Source: Vicugna vicugna
Taxonomy: Eukaryota
Length of the DNA: 64,000 nt
Assembly: GCA_013265495.1 (NCBI GenBank)
Contig: MU057701.1
Span: 992,001 to 1,056,000 of the forward strand
Reading direction: 5' to 3'
The translations under genes and the position numbers were made by a program. This document shows, one piece after another, positions 1 through 11,239 of the stretch (position 1 is the first letter of the stretch; each line of letters begins with the position of its first letter). A model generated the notes under the pieces. That model saw only the letters and a program-made list of their open reading frames with translations. It had not been told where the DNA came from and did not search any database.

Positions 1-483
1 TACAAAAGATACTTTTTTTTTTTCAGCAAAACTGTTGGACTATAGGAGAAATGTGGAAATACATGTAGAAATGAGACCTTTGTAGACTCTGGCTTAGATC
101 AAAGTTTTAGGTGACCAGGGACTATCCCCACTGTCTGTTTTCTGCTTGTCCTTTCAACCAATGTCTCTGTCACTCTGAGGAAACATTAGGTTAGTGAATA
201 CAAAAGTTACATCTTTTTTTTCTTTTTGGTAACTTAGTAAAATAACTTTTCCTAATTCCAGAAGTAATCCTTATTTTGGAAAATTTTAAAAACACACCAC
301 CACAAAGATTAAAATAGCCTAACATCCCACCATTGGATTGTATATTTTTTCATAAATGGAAATTCTTTTTTTGAAGTTATTTTTAATTTCAATAAAAATG
401 AATACAAGAAAAAGAGTATAACCACAAGACATTTACTTAGTAGTTACACGTACATGATTAAACATATTAATAGTACTGAATAT

Positions 484-666
484 TTTTATTGAGGTAGAGT
501 TGATTTACAGTATTAGTTTCAGGTGTACAACTAATTGCACAATAGTACTTCAAGATTTTTATAGATTGTACTCCATTTATAGTTATTATAAAGTATTGGC
601 CACATTCCCTGTGCTGTACAATATATCCTTGTAGCTCATGTATGTTATACATAGCAGTTTGTATAG
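484..666 (-). mobile_element. L1 3'-end fragment
   Basis: TTTTTATTGAGGTAGAGTTGATTTACA...TTCCCTGTGCTGTACAATATATCCTTG is the typical reverse-complement L1 3' UTR end; the same motif recurs in other L1 copies in this window. Confidence 0.8.
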
Positions 667-899
667 CTAGAAATTTTTCGTTAGAAAGTTCGGTTCTCAA
701 AGTTGTAGCTGCCTTCAAAATATTACAAACTTGAGCTGTAGATCTTCGCAATTTATTTTCTACATATTTGAGGCGTGCCTGGTTTCTCAATGTCACCATC
801 TGAGCCTGCTTCATGCAGTGGTTTAAGATCTCAGGCCGAGGCTTTAGCTGCAGTTTGACTGAAGGACTCAACTTGAACAGGAGTTTGAAATGCTGTCCC

Positions 900-1500
900 T
901 GAAAGATGGCATTTGGTGGACATTCATTCCAAAAGCATGATGAAGCTCACGAGGAATGCGGCGCCTTGGTCCCGGGAAAGAGAAGAGGGCAGGGGTTTGT
1001 ATTTCTCTCTTTGGCCTGCAGTTCGGCTTCCCTGCAGGCCCCAGAGGGTGGGCGGTAACTGTACTGTTTGGCTCCCCAGCCTCCTGCCGACAGCCAGGCC
1101 TCTGAGAGGCAAATCGCACGCTTCCCCGGCCGCCGCCGCCTGGGAAATGGTTCCAAACTGTTACTGGGAAGCAGGGAACTTGCCTGGCCTTCACCAGCAT
1201 AACCCGATCTGTCATTCTCTTCGGGAATTGGCTCTCTTTCCAGGCCTCCGTCTTTGCTTTGGGGGTAACAACTGCCATCTCCCCCTGGTATTTCTGCTGC
1301 AGTAATTGTGCTTGCCCTTCTCCTAGGAGGCCGGGGGAATTTGCTAGCCAAAGTCACAGCTGGCTCCCAGATGGCTCTCCGCCCCATGACCCCACCAACA
1401 GCCCCACAAAGATTGGCTTGGGAGGTTTAAACTTGGATGCCTGCGGACCCCCACCCTGAGAGATTTATGGGCTCAGGCCTTGGAGAGCGCAAATCTCTAG
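900..1500. promoter_or_regulatory. Promoter/enhancer-like, mildly CpG-enriched unique segment (possible minus-strand first exon)
   Basis: No recognisable repeat; roughly 15 CpGs in 950-1250 including GGCCGCCGCCGCC; TEAD-type CATTCC (925-930) and GGAATG (953-958); minus-strand donor-like GTGAGC at 950-945. Confidence 0.4.
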
Positions 1501-1679
1501 AGGTGGGTTGGGGCTGATCTGTTTCCTTTTGTTGCATGTTCTAGAATTCGGCCTGAAACAGAAAAGGTTGACCTCATTCTTACCCCACCCGGAGATTAAG
1601 TAAGGATAACTAGATAACTAGAAAGCTATTACTGACATTGCTAAATTACCTGGCAAAGAAAGTGTCTGTCTCTGTCTCT

Positions 1680-1683
<4 letters not shown>

Positions 1684-1734
<51 letters not shown>
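1684..1734. repeat. (AC)~25 microsatellite preceded by a short (TC)n tract
   Basis: Perfect dinucleotide run seen directly. Confidence 0.98.
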
Positions 1735-1737
<3 letters not shown>

Positions 1738-2540
1738 AGTTTTCGAGGGTATGTTCTTTAGGACACTGAGTATGACATCAAAATGACCTAAGAAGATTGT
1801 CATCTCCAGTTCCCAGAATGAGAACATCCACCCCATTCAGGTGGAAATGAGCAACAGAGCCCAGTTTCTCCTTGCAAAGAAATTCTCCTCCTGCGTCTAT
1901 TTCCTGGAGATAATGCAGAGAATGCTAGCAGGTTTCTAACATACTTCAGCTGTTCAGGAAATGCTTTAAATAATTTCCTGCTCCAGAGAATAGGAGGAGG
2001 GCCAGAAAGTTGGAAAGTATTACTCTTTCTTTACGGTCTCAAATGTGCTTCCCAAGGACTCCTTCCCTATTCACACACACGCTCCTATGAGCTCTTTTCT
2101 GGCTCTCCCAGCCTTTTTAGGCGGGAATGTTCTTTTAAAGAGTGTGGCGAGAATCCTAGTAACTTGGACTTCCCATAGCATCCTGGCCTGAGCTTCCTAA
2201 GGAACTTTACAAATATGAACTAATTAAGCTTGGAAAGCCCCATGAGAGCCCTCCCAGCCGTTGCTGAAATGCAGCCAGCTCTGAGGTGGACCAGCGGCTG
2301 TTTTTGCCCTGCACAGCAACAATTCAAACAGTGGAGAGGAAGGGAAGCCGACAGCCTAATGCAATTGAAACTACAAGGAAGAAGCAAGCTAGGCGGCACA
2401 TAATTAATTGCCTCCTTGATTTGCTTTTTGCTGCATTCAGTGCGCTTCGGATACTGGGGTTTAAATTGGGTCATTTAGACTTTTGAGTGAAGTTTCAGGT
2501 AACTGCAACAGAATTTAACATGTCTAAGATTAATTTTTTT

Positions 2541-2600
2541 AAAGTTTTTATTGATTTATAACCATTTTACAATATTGTGTCAAATTCCAGTGTAGAGCAC
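2541..2600 (-). mobile_element. Extremely 5'-truncated (60 bp) L1 3' terminus with TSD
   Basis: Flanked by AAGATTAATTTTTTT at 2526-2540 and 2601-2615; the insert resembles the terminal L1 sequence of the other young copies here. Confidence 0.8.
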
Positions 2601-2627
2601 AAGATTAATTTTTTTTTTAATCTAAAG

Positions 2628-2845
2628 CAATGGTTCTCAATTGAAGGTGATTTTGCAGTCTCCACAGGGACATCTGACAGTCTGGAGACATTTAGGGTTG
2701 TCACATCTTGGGGAGAGGGGTGCTGTTGGCATTAAATGGGTAGAGGTCAGGGATCCTGCTGAACATATTATAATGCACAGAACAGAGCCTATCCCCACAA
2801 TATAGAGTGATCTTGTCCAAAATGTCAATAGTGCTGAGGTCCAAA
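2628..2845 (+). mobile_element. MER20-like hAT-Charlie DNA transposon
   Basis: CAATGGTTCTCAA...GGTGATTTTGC...GTCTGGAGACATTT...GGGTAGAGGTCAGGGATCCTGCT...AAAATGTCAATAGTGCTGAGG follows the MER20 consensus as recalled. Confidence 0.85.
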
Positions 2846-3806
2846 GGTTCAAAGTGACTCAGTGGTGGCTTCTGTCCTTTCTCTCTTAGCCCCATATCTT
2901 ACACTGATGATCTTTCAGCCCATTCAGATCTAGGATCTAAGCTCCTAAGAGCACCCTGGGTTCCTGGGCTCAGCCCTGGCAGTGATGACAATCTCTCAAG
3001 CCGTGGGGTGTTGAAGACACACTTCTCACTGCACCTAGGTTCATTGTGCATTCACATCAGGTGCATTGTGCATCTTGTGAGCGATCTTTCTGGAAGAGGA
3101 ACCACTTTTTGCACGGTTCCTGCTTGGCCCCAGAGCTTAGAAGCCCTGGTTTTCCTGCATTGAATAGACTGAGGCATTCTGTTTTTCTGACCGGGCCTAT
3201 TCAGCAAGCAGCTATTTATTTTCTCCCTCGTCAAGGCCCAGCTGCCAGGGAGCCCCCAGACTGTCACTGTTTGTCCAGGCGTCAGCGAGAGGTAACCACA
3301 GGGAAATTCACCCAATAGACAGAGACCAGGGAATTCAATGTCAATCTTTCTTTTTACAAACTTAAAAACTTCCTTCATGGGGAAAATCTGGGAAACCTCC
3401 ACCTCATCCAGAGAGCCACCCGGGCACCCCATAGGGTCCCTGTCTCCTCTCAGCCGCCCCCTTTGGCCTGCCCCTGCTGCTGCCCCCACCAAGCTGTGTC
3501 TACCTTGTTCCTTGTTGGGGGAGGTGTCCCCTCCACCCTGCTGACCATGGACAGCCTGGATCCACCCAGGGCCCCACACTGGGCACTGACCCACTCAATG
3601 CCCCAGGCGGACATTTAAGTCCATCCAGATCTCATGGGATGTGTGCTGTGGATGCCCAGAAACTTGCTCCAAAAGCCAGGCAGCCTATCGTTCCCGAGAA
3701 AAGGAGCTCTTTCCCCGAAGGGGCTGTTCTGCCACTTCAGGGCCCACGGTGGTTCATCTGCACTTTGTTAATTGAGTCAGAAGGTTGACCTAAGTGGCCT
3801 GACAAC

Positions 3807-4234
3807 TGTCCTAGTTTCCTAGGCCTGCTAAAACGAAACACCATGGACCGGGGGGCTTATTGTCTCAATGCTGGCCATAAGTCTGAGGTCAAGGGGTTTG
3901 GCAGGGTTGGTTACTTCTGAGGCTGTGAGGAAAGGATCTGTATAGGTCTGTGTCCTTGGCTTGTAGAAGGCTGTCCTCTCCCCGCGTCTCTTCGCATCAT
4001 ATTCCCTCCGTGCGTGTCTGTCTCTGTGTCTGAATTTCCCTATCTATACGAACTCCATTCGTGTTGGATTAGTGCCCCCTCTAATGACCTCATTTTAACT
4101 TTTTAACCTCATTTTACTTCTGTAAAGACCTTTTTTCCAAATAAAGTCACATTCTAAGGTACTAGGGGATTAGAACATCCACATATGGGTTTTTTTTTTT
4201 TTTTTTTTGGATGGGTAACAATTCAACCCCTAAC
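3807..4234 (-). mobile_element. MLT1 (MaLR) solo LTR, MLT1B/C-like
   Basis: TGTCCTAGTTTCCTAGG...CTAATGACCTCATTTTAAC...TTCCAAATAAAGTCACATTCT...AATTCAACCCCTAACA. Confidence 0.85.
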
Positions 4235-4734
4235 AGCAAGTAAATGCAGTCCATAATCTGGGATGGAGACTTGACTGGGAAAAAACATTACATTAAAGAG
4301 ATTATTGAGGCACCTGGCAAAAGTTGAGGTTGAGCCAGGGTTGCTCTGGTCTCCTTGCCTGACCTGGCCTCCTGGATGAGCGATACTGTGTTCCAGGACG
4401 CAGTGAGGAGGCAGGGCAGCGGGTGGTGGTGGGGGACAGAAGGGATCAGGATGTGGAAAGTAGAGGCAGTGACTCTGTCTCTCTAGAAGGATCTGGGAGA
4501 AAGAAGAATGTGAAACCAACTTGCCTTTAGAAGGTAAAACTAAAGCTGGTGATGATGAAAAGGATGGGCCTCCCTTTCTCCTCCCTCCGGGCACTGCCAC
4601 CTGGAGGTAGATGCGGGGTGGGGGGTGGGGAGGGGGGTGCCCTCTCACAGCAGCCAGTCGGGCTTGTTTTCTGGTGAACCTTGCACATTCTATCAACAAC
4701 TTCTCCTAGATTCCTGCTTTTCATTTGTCTTGAC

Positions 4735-5002
4735 TTTATTGAGGTAACTATACACACGTAATGTGTGTAAAATGCTCTAATCTTAAACGTGTAGCTCAAT
4801 GCATTTTTACCTGTGTACACACCCAGGTAACCCACCATTCCAGATCAAGATGTAGAACATTTTCGGGACCCCAGAAGGTTCCTTCAGGTCTCTCTCCAGT
4901 TAGTCATCTACTAATCTTCCCCCCTCCCCGTCCTTCCCCTCCACAATCCTAGTCCCCAGTTCCCACCCCCAGGTGCCAGAAGTAACCACTAATCTGACTT
5001 CA
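4735..5002 (-). mobile_element. Ancient L1 (L1MC/ME-type) 3' end
   Basis: TTTATTGAGGTAA...CAGATCAAGATGTAGAACATTT...GTAACCACTAATCTGACTTC. Confidence 0.7.
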
Positions 5003-5004
5003 AC

Positions 5005-5910
5005 CAAAGAGGGAGGGATCTTTTTAAAACACAAATAACATCCTGTGACTCCTCTGTTTCATACTTTCCAATGGCTTCGCGTCACACTTAGAATAAAACT
5101 CACTGTAGCCTGCAAGGCCTTCCAGGAGCTGGCTCCCGTCTGGCGCCCATGTCTCTGACCTCATCTCTCATACTTTCCCAAGCTCGTTGTGCTCCAGCTA
5201 TAGTGGCCTCCCTTCTAGTCCTCAGACCCTAACTTGGTTGCTGCCACAGGGCCTTTGCTTATGCTGTTCCCTCTTCCTGCAGTAGTCTCCCCACCTATCT
5301 CCATATGACTCGTGCCTTCTCAGCATTAGGTTTTGCCTGAAATGTTACCTCTTCCTAAAGCTTTCCATGACCCCTTTCCCCAATCACTATCCCTTTACTT
5401 TGTTTCATTTTACAGTACTTTTATTCCCCCCCAAAGCCTTGCTTATAGGCCAAACAACCCTAAAATCTCAGCAGCTTAACACAAAAAGAATTAGTTATTA
5501 TTCACATCATGTTCTGACATAGGTTGCTGTGTGCATGCTGGGGTGGGGGGCTCAGTTCTACACACTCATTCAGGGACTCAGGTTTCTTCCATCCACTGGC
5601 TTCATCATTTTCTAGGAGGTCAGCATCTGACCAAGAAAACAGGGAAGACAGAGAGAGTATGGATGACCAAAGGTGTATTCTCAAGGACCAGGCCCCCTGG
5701 GACTCACACACATCACTTCTGCCCACATTTCACTGGTTGGAACTGCTACATGTCTCATCTAACTTCCCAGGAGGCTAGAAAGTATAGCTTAGCAGTGTGT
5801 CCAGGAAGGAGAGGACTTGGACAGGTGCGTATACAGGGTTTTACATTGTGTGTACTCACCACAGTACCTAGAACAGTGGCTGGCACGTGACATGCACAAA
5901 ACAATCATTC
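5005..5910 (+). mobile_element. L2 3' region interrupted by an old MLT1 (I/J-like) LTR at ~5450-5815
   Basis: L2 motifs GGGCCTTTGCTTATGCTGTTCCCTC and CAGTACCTAGAACAGTGGCTGGCAC flank an MLT1-like block (AAAATCTCAGCAGCTTAACACA...CATCACTTCTGCCCACATTTCACTGG). Confidence 0.65.
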
Positions 5911-6039
5911 ACAAACTGATGTGTGTACACACACATACATACATGAATTTCCCCAGTAGACAGGTACAAATTGCTTTCGTGATGGTACCAATGAAAACTC
6001 AGAAACCCTGGGACAGCCAATTTTAATAAAGATTTTGGG

Positions 6040-6485
6040 AGTAATGAAGAGAGAGCACATCTTAGTCATGGAATCAGATCTGCAAGGGACAGAAGAGACC
6101 AAATAATTCCACATTCTCCTTCTCAAAAGGGTAAACTGAGGCACAGAGAAAAGTAATGGTATGTCCCAGGTTGCAGAGCTAAATGAAACCACCACTGGGA
6201 CTGGACCCTGGTTTTCAGTCTACTTTCTTTGTTCTTGAAGAAGAAATTCCCAATCCTGGAAGTGTTTGGAGTAGAGGCTGCGAGGGTCAGCCTGGGGCCC
6301 TGGGTGGCCACTCATTAGCTGTGACCTTGGATAAGCTACTTAATTTCTTTGTTTATAACTCAGCCTCCTCATCTGTTAATGTGGAAAACAGTCCCCACCT
6401 GTTGGTGGTGTTGTCAGGGTTAAATGGCTTAATGCAGGTAAAATGACTAGAACAGGGCCGGGCCCAGAGTCCGTGCTCAGCCGTT
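6040..6485. mobile_element. Two MIR fragments in opposite orientation
   Basis: MIR core GGTAAACTGAGGCACAGAGA (~6130) and TAGCTGTGACCTTGGATAAGCTACTTAA...CTCAGCCTCCTCATCTG (~6315-6375). Confidence 0.7.
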
Positions 6486-6784
6486 GTCATCGGTGGCTGT
6501 GGGCTTGGCCATCCAGGATGTCCACAAGTTCTCAGCCAACATCACACCGGAAGCTTTGATTCAGAGGCAGAAATGTTTGGAAAAGATAAAGGAAACACAG
6601 TACCCGCATCCATTTAATTATCTCCATCCATATTTTATTTCACTTACTTGCAAGTTCCTCCCTTGTCCTAACACTTGCTCTGGACCTCAGGTTCCCATCC
6701 ATGGATCATGTTCCCTACTCTCTTCTGCACCCTTTTCTTTGGCTGGTTTTTATTAACAAATAGCACTTTCACTAGTGGTATTTT

Positions 6785-7352
6785 TTATGATGTCTATTGA
6801 TTTACAATGTGTTAGCTTCTAGTGTACAGCATTGTGATTCAGTTATATATATAGATTCTTTTTCATTATAGGTTAAGATATTGACTATAGTTCCCTGTGC
6901 TGTATAGGAGGACCTTGTTGTTTATCTATTTTATATATAGTAGTTTGTATCTGCTAATGCCAAACTCCTAATTTATCCCTCTCTCCTCCTTTTCCCCTTT
7001 GGTAACCATAAATTTGTTTCCTATGTCTGTGAGTCTGTTTCTGTTTTGTAAATAAGTTCATTTGTATCTTTTTTTTTAGATTCCACATATAAGTGATATC
7101 ATATGGTATTTGTCTTTCTCTGTCTGACTTACTTCACTTAGTATGATAATCTCCAGGTCCATCCATGTTGCTGCAAGTGGAATTATTTCATTCTTTTTTA
7201 TGACTGAGCCGTACTCCATTGTAAATATATACCACATCTTCTTTATCCACTCATCTGCTGATGGACATTTAGGTTGCTTCCATGTCTTGGCTGTTGTAAA
7301 TAGTGCTGTTATGAATATTGGGGTGCATGTATCTTTTTGAATTAGAGTTTTC
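6785..7352 (-). mobile_element. 5'-truncated L1 with the ORF2 C-terminus and 3' UTR
   Basis: ORF 7076-7354 translates to KDTCTPIFITALFTTAKTWKQPKCPSADEWIKKMWYIFTMEY..., the canonical L1 ORF2 C-terminus. Confidence 0.92.
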
Positions 7353-8139
7353 ACTGTTCTATGTCTTGGGCTGTTTTCTGGTCACCCTCCACATTACTTG
7401 GTAAATAGTAAGGAACCAAATATCCAATTAAGTCTTAATTCAATCCACCCCACCCGGACCGCATCAGCTCTATTCTAACCTGCTAATTAAAGGAGCCATG
7501 TTTGCTTCTAATCACACCGGATACATCAAACCCATCCCACCCACCAGGACCTTCCTCCCCGGCCATCCCAGGCCTCACCCACCACAGCATAAAACCAGCC
7601 TGTGAGGCCAAAGACTTTTGCTTTAAACTTTAAAAGTTTTAACAGGAAGAAAATAAACCTGTACCTGCCTCCTTGCCACCTGAGGTATCTGAAACACCAG
7701 TAGGAGGAACAAAGATGTTTCTTAAACTTTGAACCTCCCCCAGCCTTCCAGATCTAGTTGTCAAAATGATTTCCCCCCAGACTGGGCCATCAACCATCAG
7801 ATTCCTCTCACTAGACTCAACCCCAGGGCTTCTAAATGGCTTTCGAGAGTTGACAGTGAGTGAATTCTTTTGGTTTCACAAAGGAAGGTGAGAAGAAAAT
7901 GCTTTCCTTATGATGTCTAGAGTCGGAGAAAGTGGAAGTTATTGGTAAAAAAAACCCTCAAACCAATGTATTTTTTTTCTCCTGGTGGGTGAATATTTTA
8001 TGCATGTTGAAAATGTAAACACAAAGTGTGGCGTTTGCTATGAAAAGCAACATAGGGGGACACTGAGTTCTGTGTGTTATTCAGGGTGGAGGTATTTATG
8101 AAAGCTGGTGGCTTTCTCCCGACTGGAAAACCACCACAG

Positions 8140-8370
8140 GGAGGCAGTAGAGCCTAGTGGTGAGTAGTGTGGGCTCAGGAATCAGACAGATTTGCATTTG
8201 AATTCTGTCTCTGGCACCTCATAGCTGTGTGACCTCCGGAAAGTTACTCAGCAGCTCTGTGCCTCACTCGCCAACTCAGCAAAATGGGGATGAAACTAGT
8301 ATCAAATATCGAGGGATGTTTCAAGGGTGAATAATCAGCTCAACAAGGAAGCTCTCAATTAGTGTTAGTT
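8140..8370 (+). mobile_element. MIR
   Basis: GGGAGGCAGTAGAGCCTAGTGGT...AGCTGTGTGACCTCCGGAAAGTTACTCAGCAGCTCTGTGCCTCA...AAAATGGGGATGA. Confidence 0.8.
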
Positions 8371-9349
8371 TAAAAAAAGCAGGAGTTTAAGTTGGGAGGG
8401 GGACAGATTTCAGATAGATAAGTGAATAGACAGATTTTTATTTTTTGCGAGCACAATATATTTAAGGCTGTGCAAAACGGTTTAACTCCCAAATCTCCAG
8501 TTACTCAAAAGGCCTGTCCCTAATCTTCACCTACAATCACATCTCATTCTAATCATGAAACAGAGTTCCACAGCGGCTTCAGAGAAACCCGACAGTGTTA
8601 CCCTTCTAGCTCTTTCTTGTCATGCAAATGCTGTGTAACTTGTTCCATTTCGCTCTGAAGTGTGACAAGCTTTCTTCTTAGCCTTTGGTTGAGTGTACAC
8701 ACACACACAGATATGATACATATTCTATAATTATTTTGTTAATATATAATGTAATAATTATATTATTGAATAGAGTATATTATTATATTTTAAAATTATG
8801 TATAAAATTTATCTTTTTTAATTTTGGGTTTTTTATTTAGGGTTTCACAGAGGTGAGGGGGGCTGCTTTTTTTCTGCTCTTTTTCTTGTTTCAAATTTTC
8901 AAAGAAAGAGCTTTAAGTGAATGAAACCTTTCAGTTTTGTGTGTTGATGACACTGAGCAGTGTCCAAGTTTCCGGGTGGGGAGTGGAGTGAGATTATGGC
9001 TGGTAGTTAAGTGGTTGATTGTTTGAGGGATGGATAAAAATTTTTGAGGGAGAGAGGGGTTAATTGGATGTGTTAGGATCTGGGCGATCAGATAAGAGGA
9101 ATTTAGATTTAATCACCCGATTGGATTATGGTTCCATCTGTAGACGAGCTAACTGGTTCATAGGAGTAGATTAGGTGTTGATGGAATATCAGATTCCTCA
9201 CTTGTGACAGGAAGAGAGAGAAACCAAGTGAGAAACAGCCTGTCTCTCCCCCAGTATCCCTGGTAAATCAGAGCTGAGCTTGAACCCCGGCAACTTCTGA
9301 GCTACTTAGCAGCAATCATTTAGGGCTGGAAAGAGTCCAAGTGAGAGCT

Positions 9350-9540
9350 AATATTCATAATAGCGATCATTGACTGAGCACTTAGTGCCAGGTACTGTAC
9401 TAGGTAAGCCCCTTACATACTCGAACCTCTCAGTAGGCCTCATCCCACTCTGTAAGGTGGGCAGTGTCTGTAAGCCCTTTTAGCAGATAGGAAAACTGAG
9501 GCACACAGAAGCCAAATGGTTTGCTAAAGTGTAGCCAGCT
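9350..9540 (-). mobile_element. MIR
   Basis: CATTGACTGAGCACTTAGTGCCAGGTACTGT...CAGATAGGAAAACTGAGGCACACAGA. Confidence 0.8.
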
Positions 9541-10074
9541 TCTCTGGTTTTGCTTTCTTCTCCAAAGGACCAGGGGAGGTGGTGTCCCGGAACTCAGGCT
9601 CTTTCATCCTGCAGACCTGGCTCCTGGCAGGGGCTCTTAGCCAGGAAGAGCGTTCTCACCCACTGAGCATGCAGGAGGGCACCAGAGAAGAGAAGCTGGT
9701 TGCATCTGGCAAGGAGGCAGTGTTCTCTTCATATGTTTGAGGACAGCAACAGGCGAGGCCAGGGTGGGGAACTGAGGCCTCCAGGGAGCACTGGCCAGGA
9801 CGCTGGACCTCAGAGGTCTCCCCACAGTGAGCTGCTCTCTTCTGGCAGCGGCCAATTTTTGAAGAGGAAAGAACTAATACTGGGCAGAGAAAGGACCAAT
9901 GCTGGATGGCTTTAAGAAATGTTTCCCTAATCTGTGTTCCTTCAACTCCACAGCTATTCTTTGAGCCTTTAATATGAGTCTGGGAAGGAAAATAGCATAT
10001 ATACTGCAAGCTATCCTCTGACATGCACTGCCTTGCTCAATTCTGGCAAACATGTGGGTCGCAGGGACAAGGAT

Positions 10075-10470
10075 TCCACCTGTACAGAGAAAGAAATGAG
10101 GCTCAGAGAGGTTAAGGAAACTTCCTAGAGTCTCATTGCCACAAAATAACAAAACCAGGGAGTGAAGTGTCATCTATCCATCCTATGCCTCATACTGCCA
10201 GAGATGGTACTAATTGCTGGGGTACAAAGCCTGAAAGAAAAGATCCTTTTTTTTTCCCCTCTAAGATTTTTACTATCCAGTAGAAGAGAGAAGACTGGTA
10301 TCCAAATGACCAACAGGATGGGCGGGCATTGATCGAGAGCTTTCTGGAGCTGACTGCGCCTTATGTCCAGTAACTCCAGGAAGAAGGAGTTGGTATTTCC
10401 ATTTTCCAGATGGAGAAACTGGGGCTCAGAGAAGTTAAGAAAGTTCTCCAGATTCCACAGCAAGCAGTTA
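10075..10470 (-). mobile_element. Two MIR core fragments (~10075-10170, ~10370-10470)
   Basis: GAAATGAGGCTCAGAGAGGTTAAG and GAAACTGGGGCTCAGAGAAGTTAAG. Confidence 0.7.
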
Positions 10471-11239
10471 TGCCTTCCCAGCCAAGGGAGGCACCACGGG
10501 AAGCGCAAACAAGCCCTGTGGGTGGAGGTGATTACACTTGGTGTGTGAGCAGCTCCAGCCTCATTCCGGGCCTACAATGAGTCATCCGCAAGTCATGGAA
10601 CCAGCCCCTCTGGACACATGATGAGGCTGTTTTGTCCATTAGGCAGAGCTGGGCCCAGAATAGGGGTTCTAAGCAGAGGAGATGGCCTCATTCTCACTGT
10701 GTCCCATCTGCAGGCCCCGGAGAGCTGGCCCGGCCAGGGCACCTGCGGGAGAGGTGAGGCTGTGCCCCGGTGTCCCAGCAGCAGGCTTGGCCAAGTCTGC
10801 TGGCCTTCTTCCAGCTTAGAAACCCGTTGGCTTTCACCCTTCGATGTGAACCAGATGTGGAGCACCTCGCTCTGTAGGGCAGAGGCCACTCCAGAAGGCC
10901 CCTCAGCCTCTGGGGAGGGGGATCATCAGAAGCATCAGCTGGTGGCCCAGCCCCATCGCCTCCCTCCTGCTCCCCTCGCTCCCACATCCCACTCCTCCCT
11001 GGCACCCCCCACATCTTCCCTCCCCACCAACAGGAAATGACACTGGACAGATCTCAGAAGACCATATGTCCTGGACAGTCTCTCTAGGAATTTTCTGGGC
11101 CTCTGGTCTGCTCTATGTGTCATATCCTTTCCACTTAAAGCATTATTTTTTTTTAAATGGGAAAAATGAAAAAGGAAAAAGAGAGTGAGCGTCCTTCTTT
11201 CTCCTGAGCTCCCTTACCCCGCTGCAACCTCAGACAAGT

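Noticed and set aside
467..1387. Overlapping 130-146 aa ORFs
   Set aside because: No recognisable domain; they overlap on both strands, and 467-871 runs into an L1 3' end. Consistent with chance ORFs.
7076..7354. 92-aa ORF with convincing protein-like sequence
   Set aside because: It is the L1 ORF2 C-terminus of a truncated element, not a host gene.
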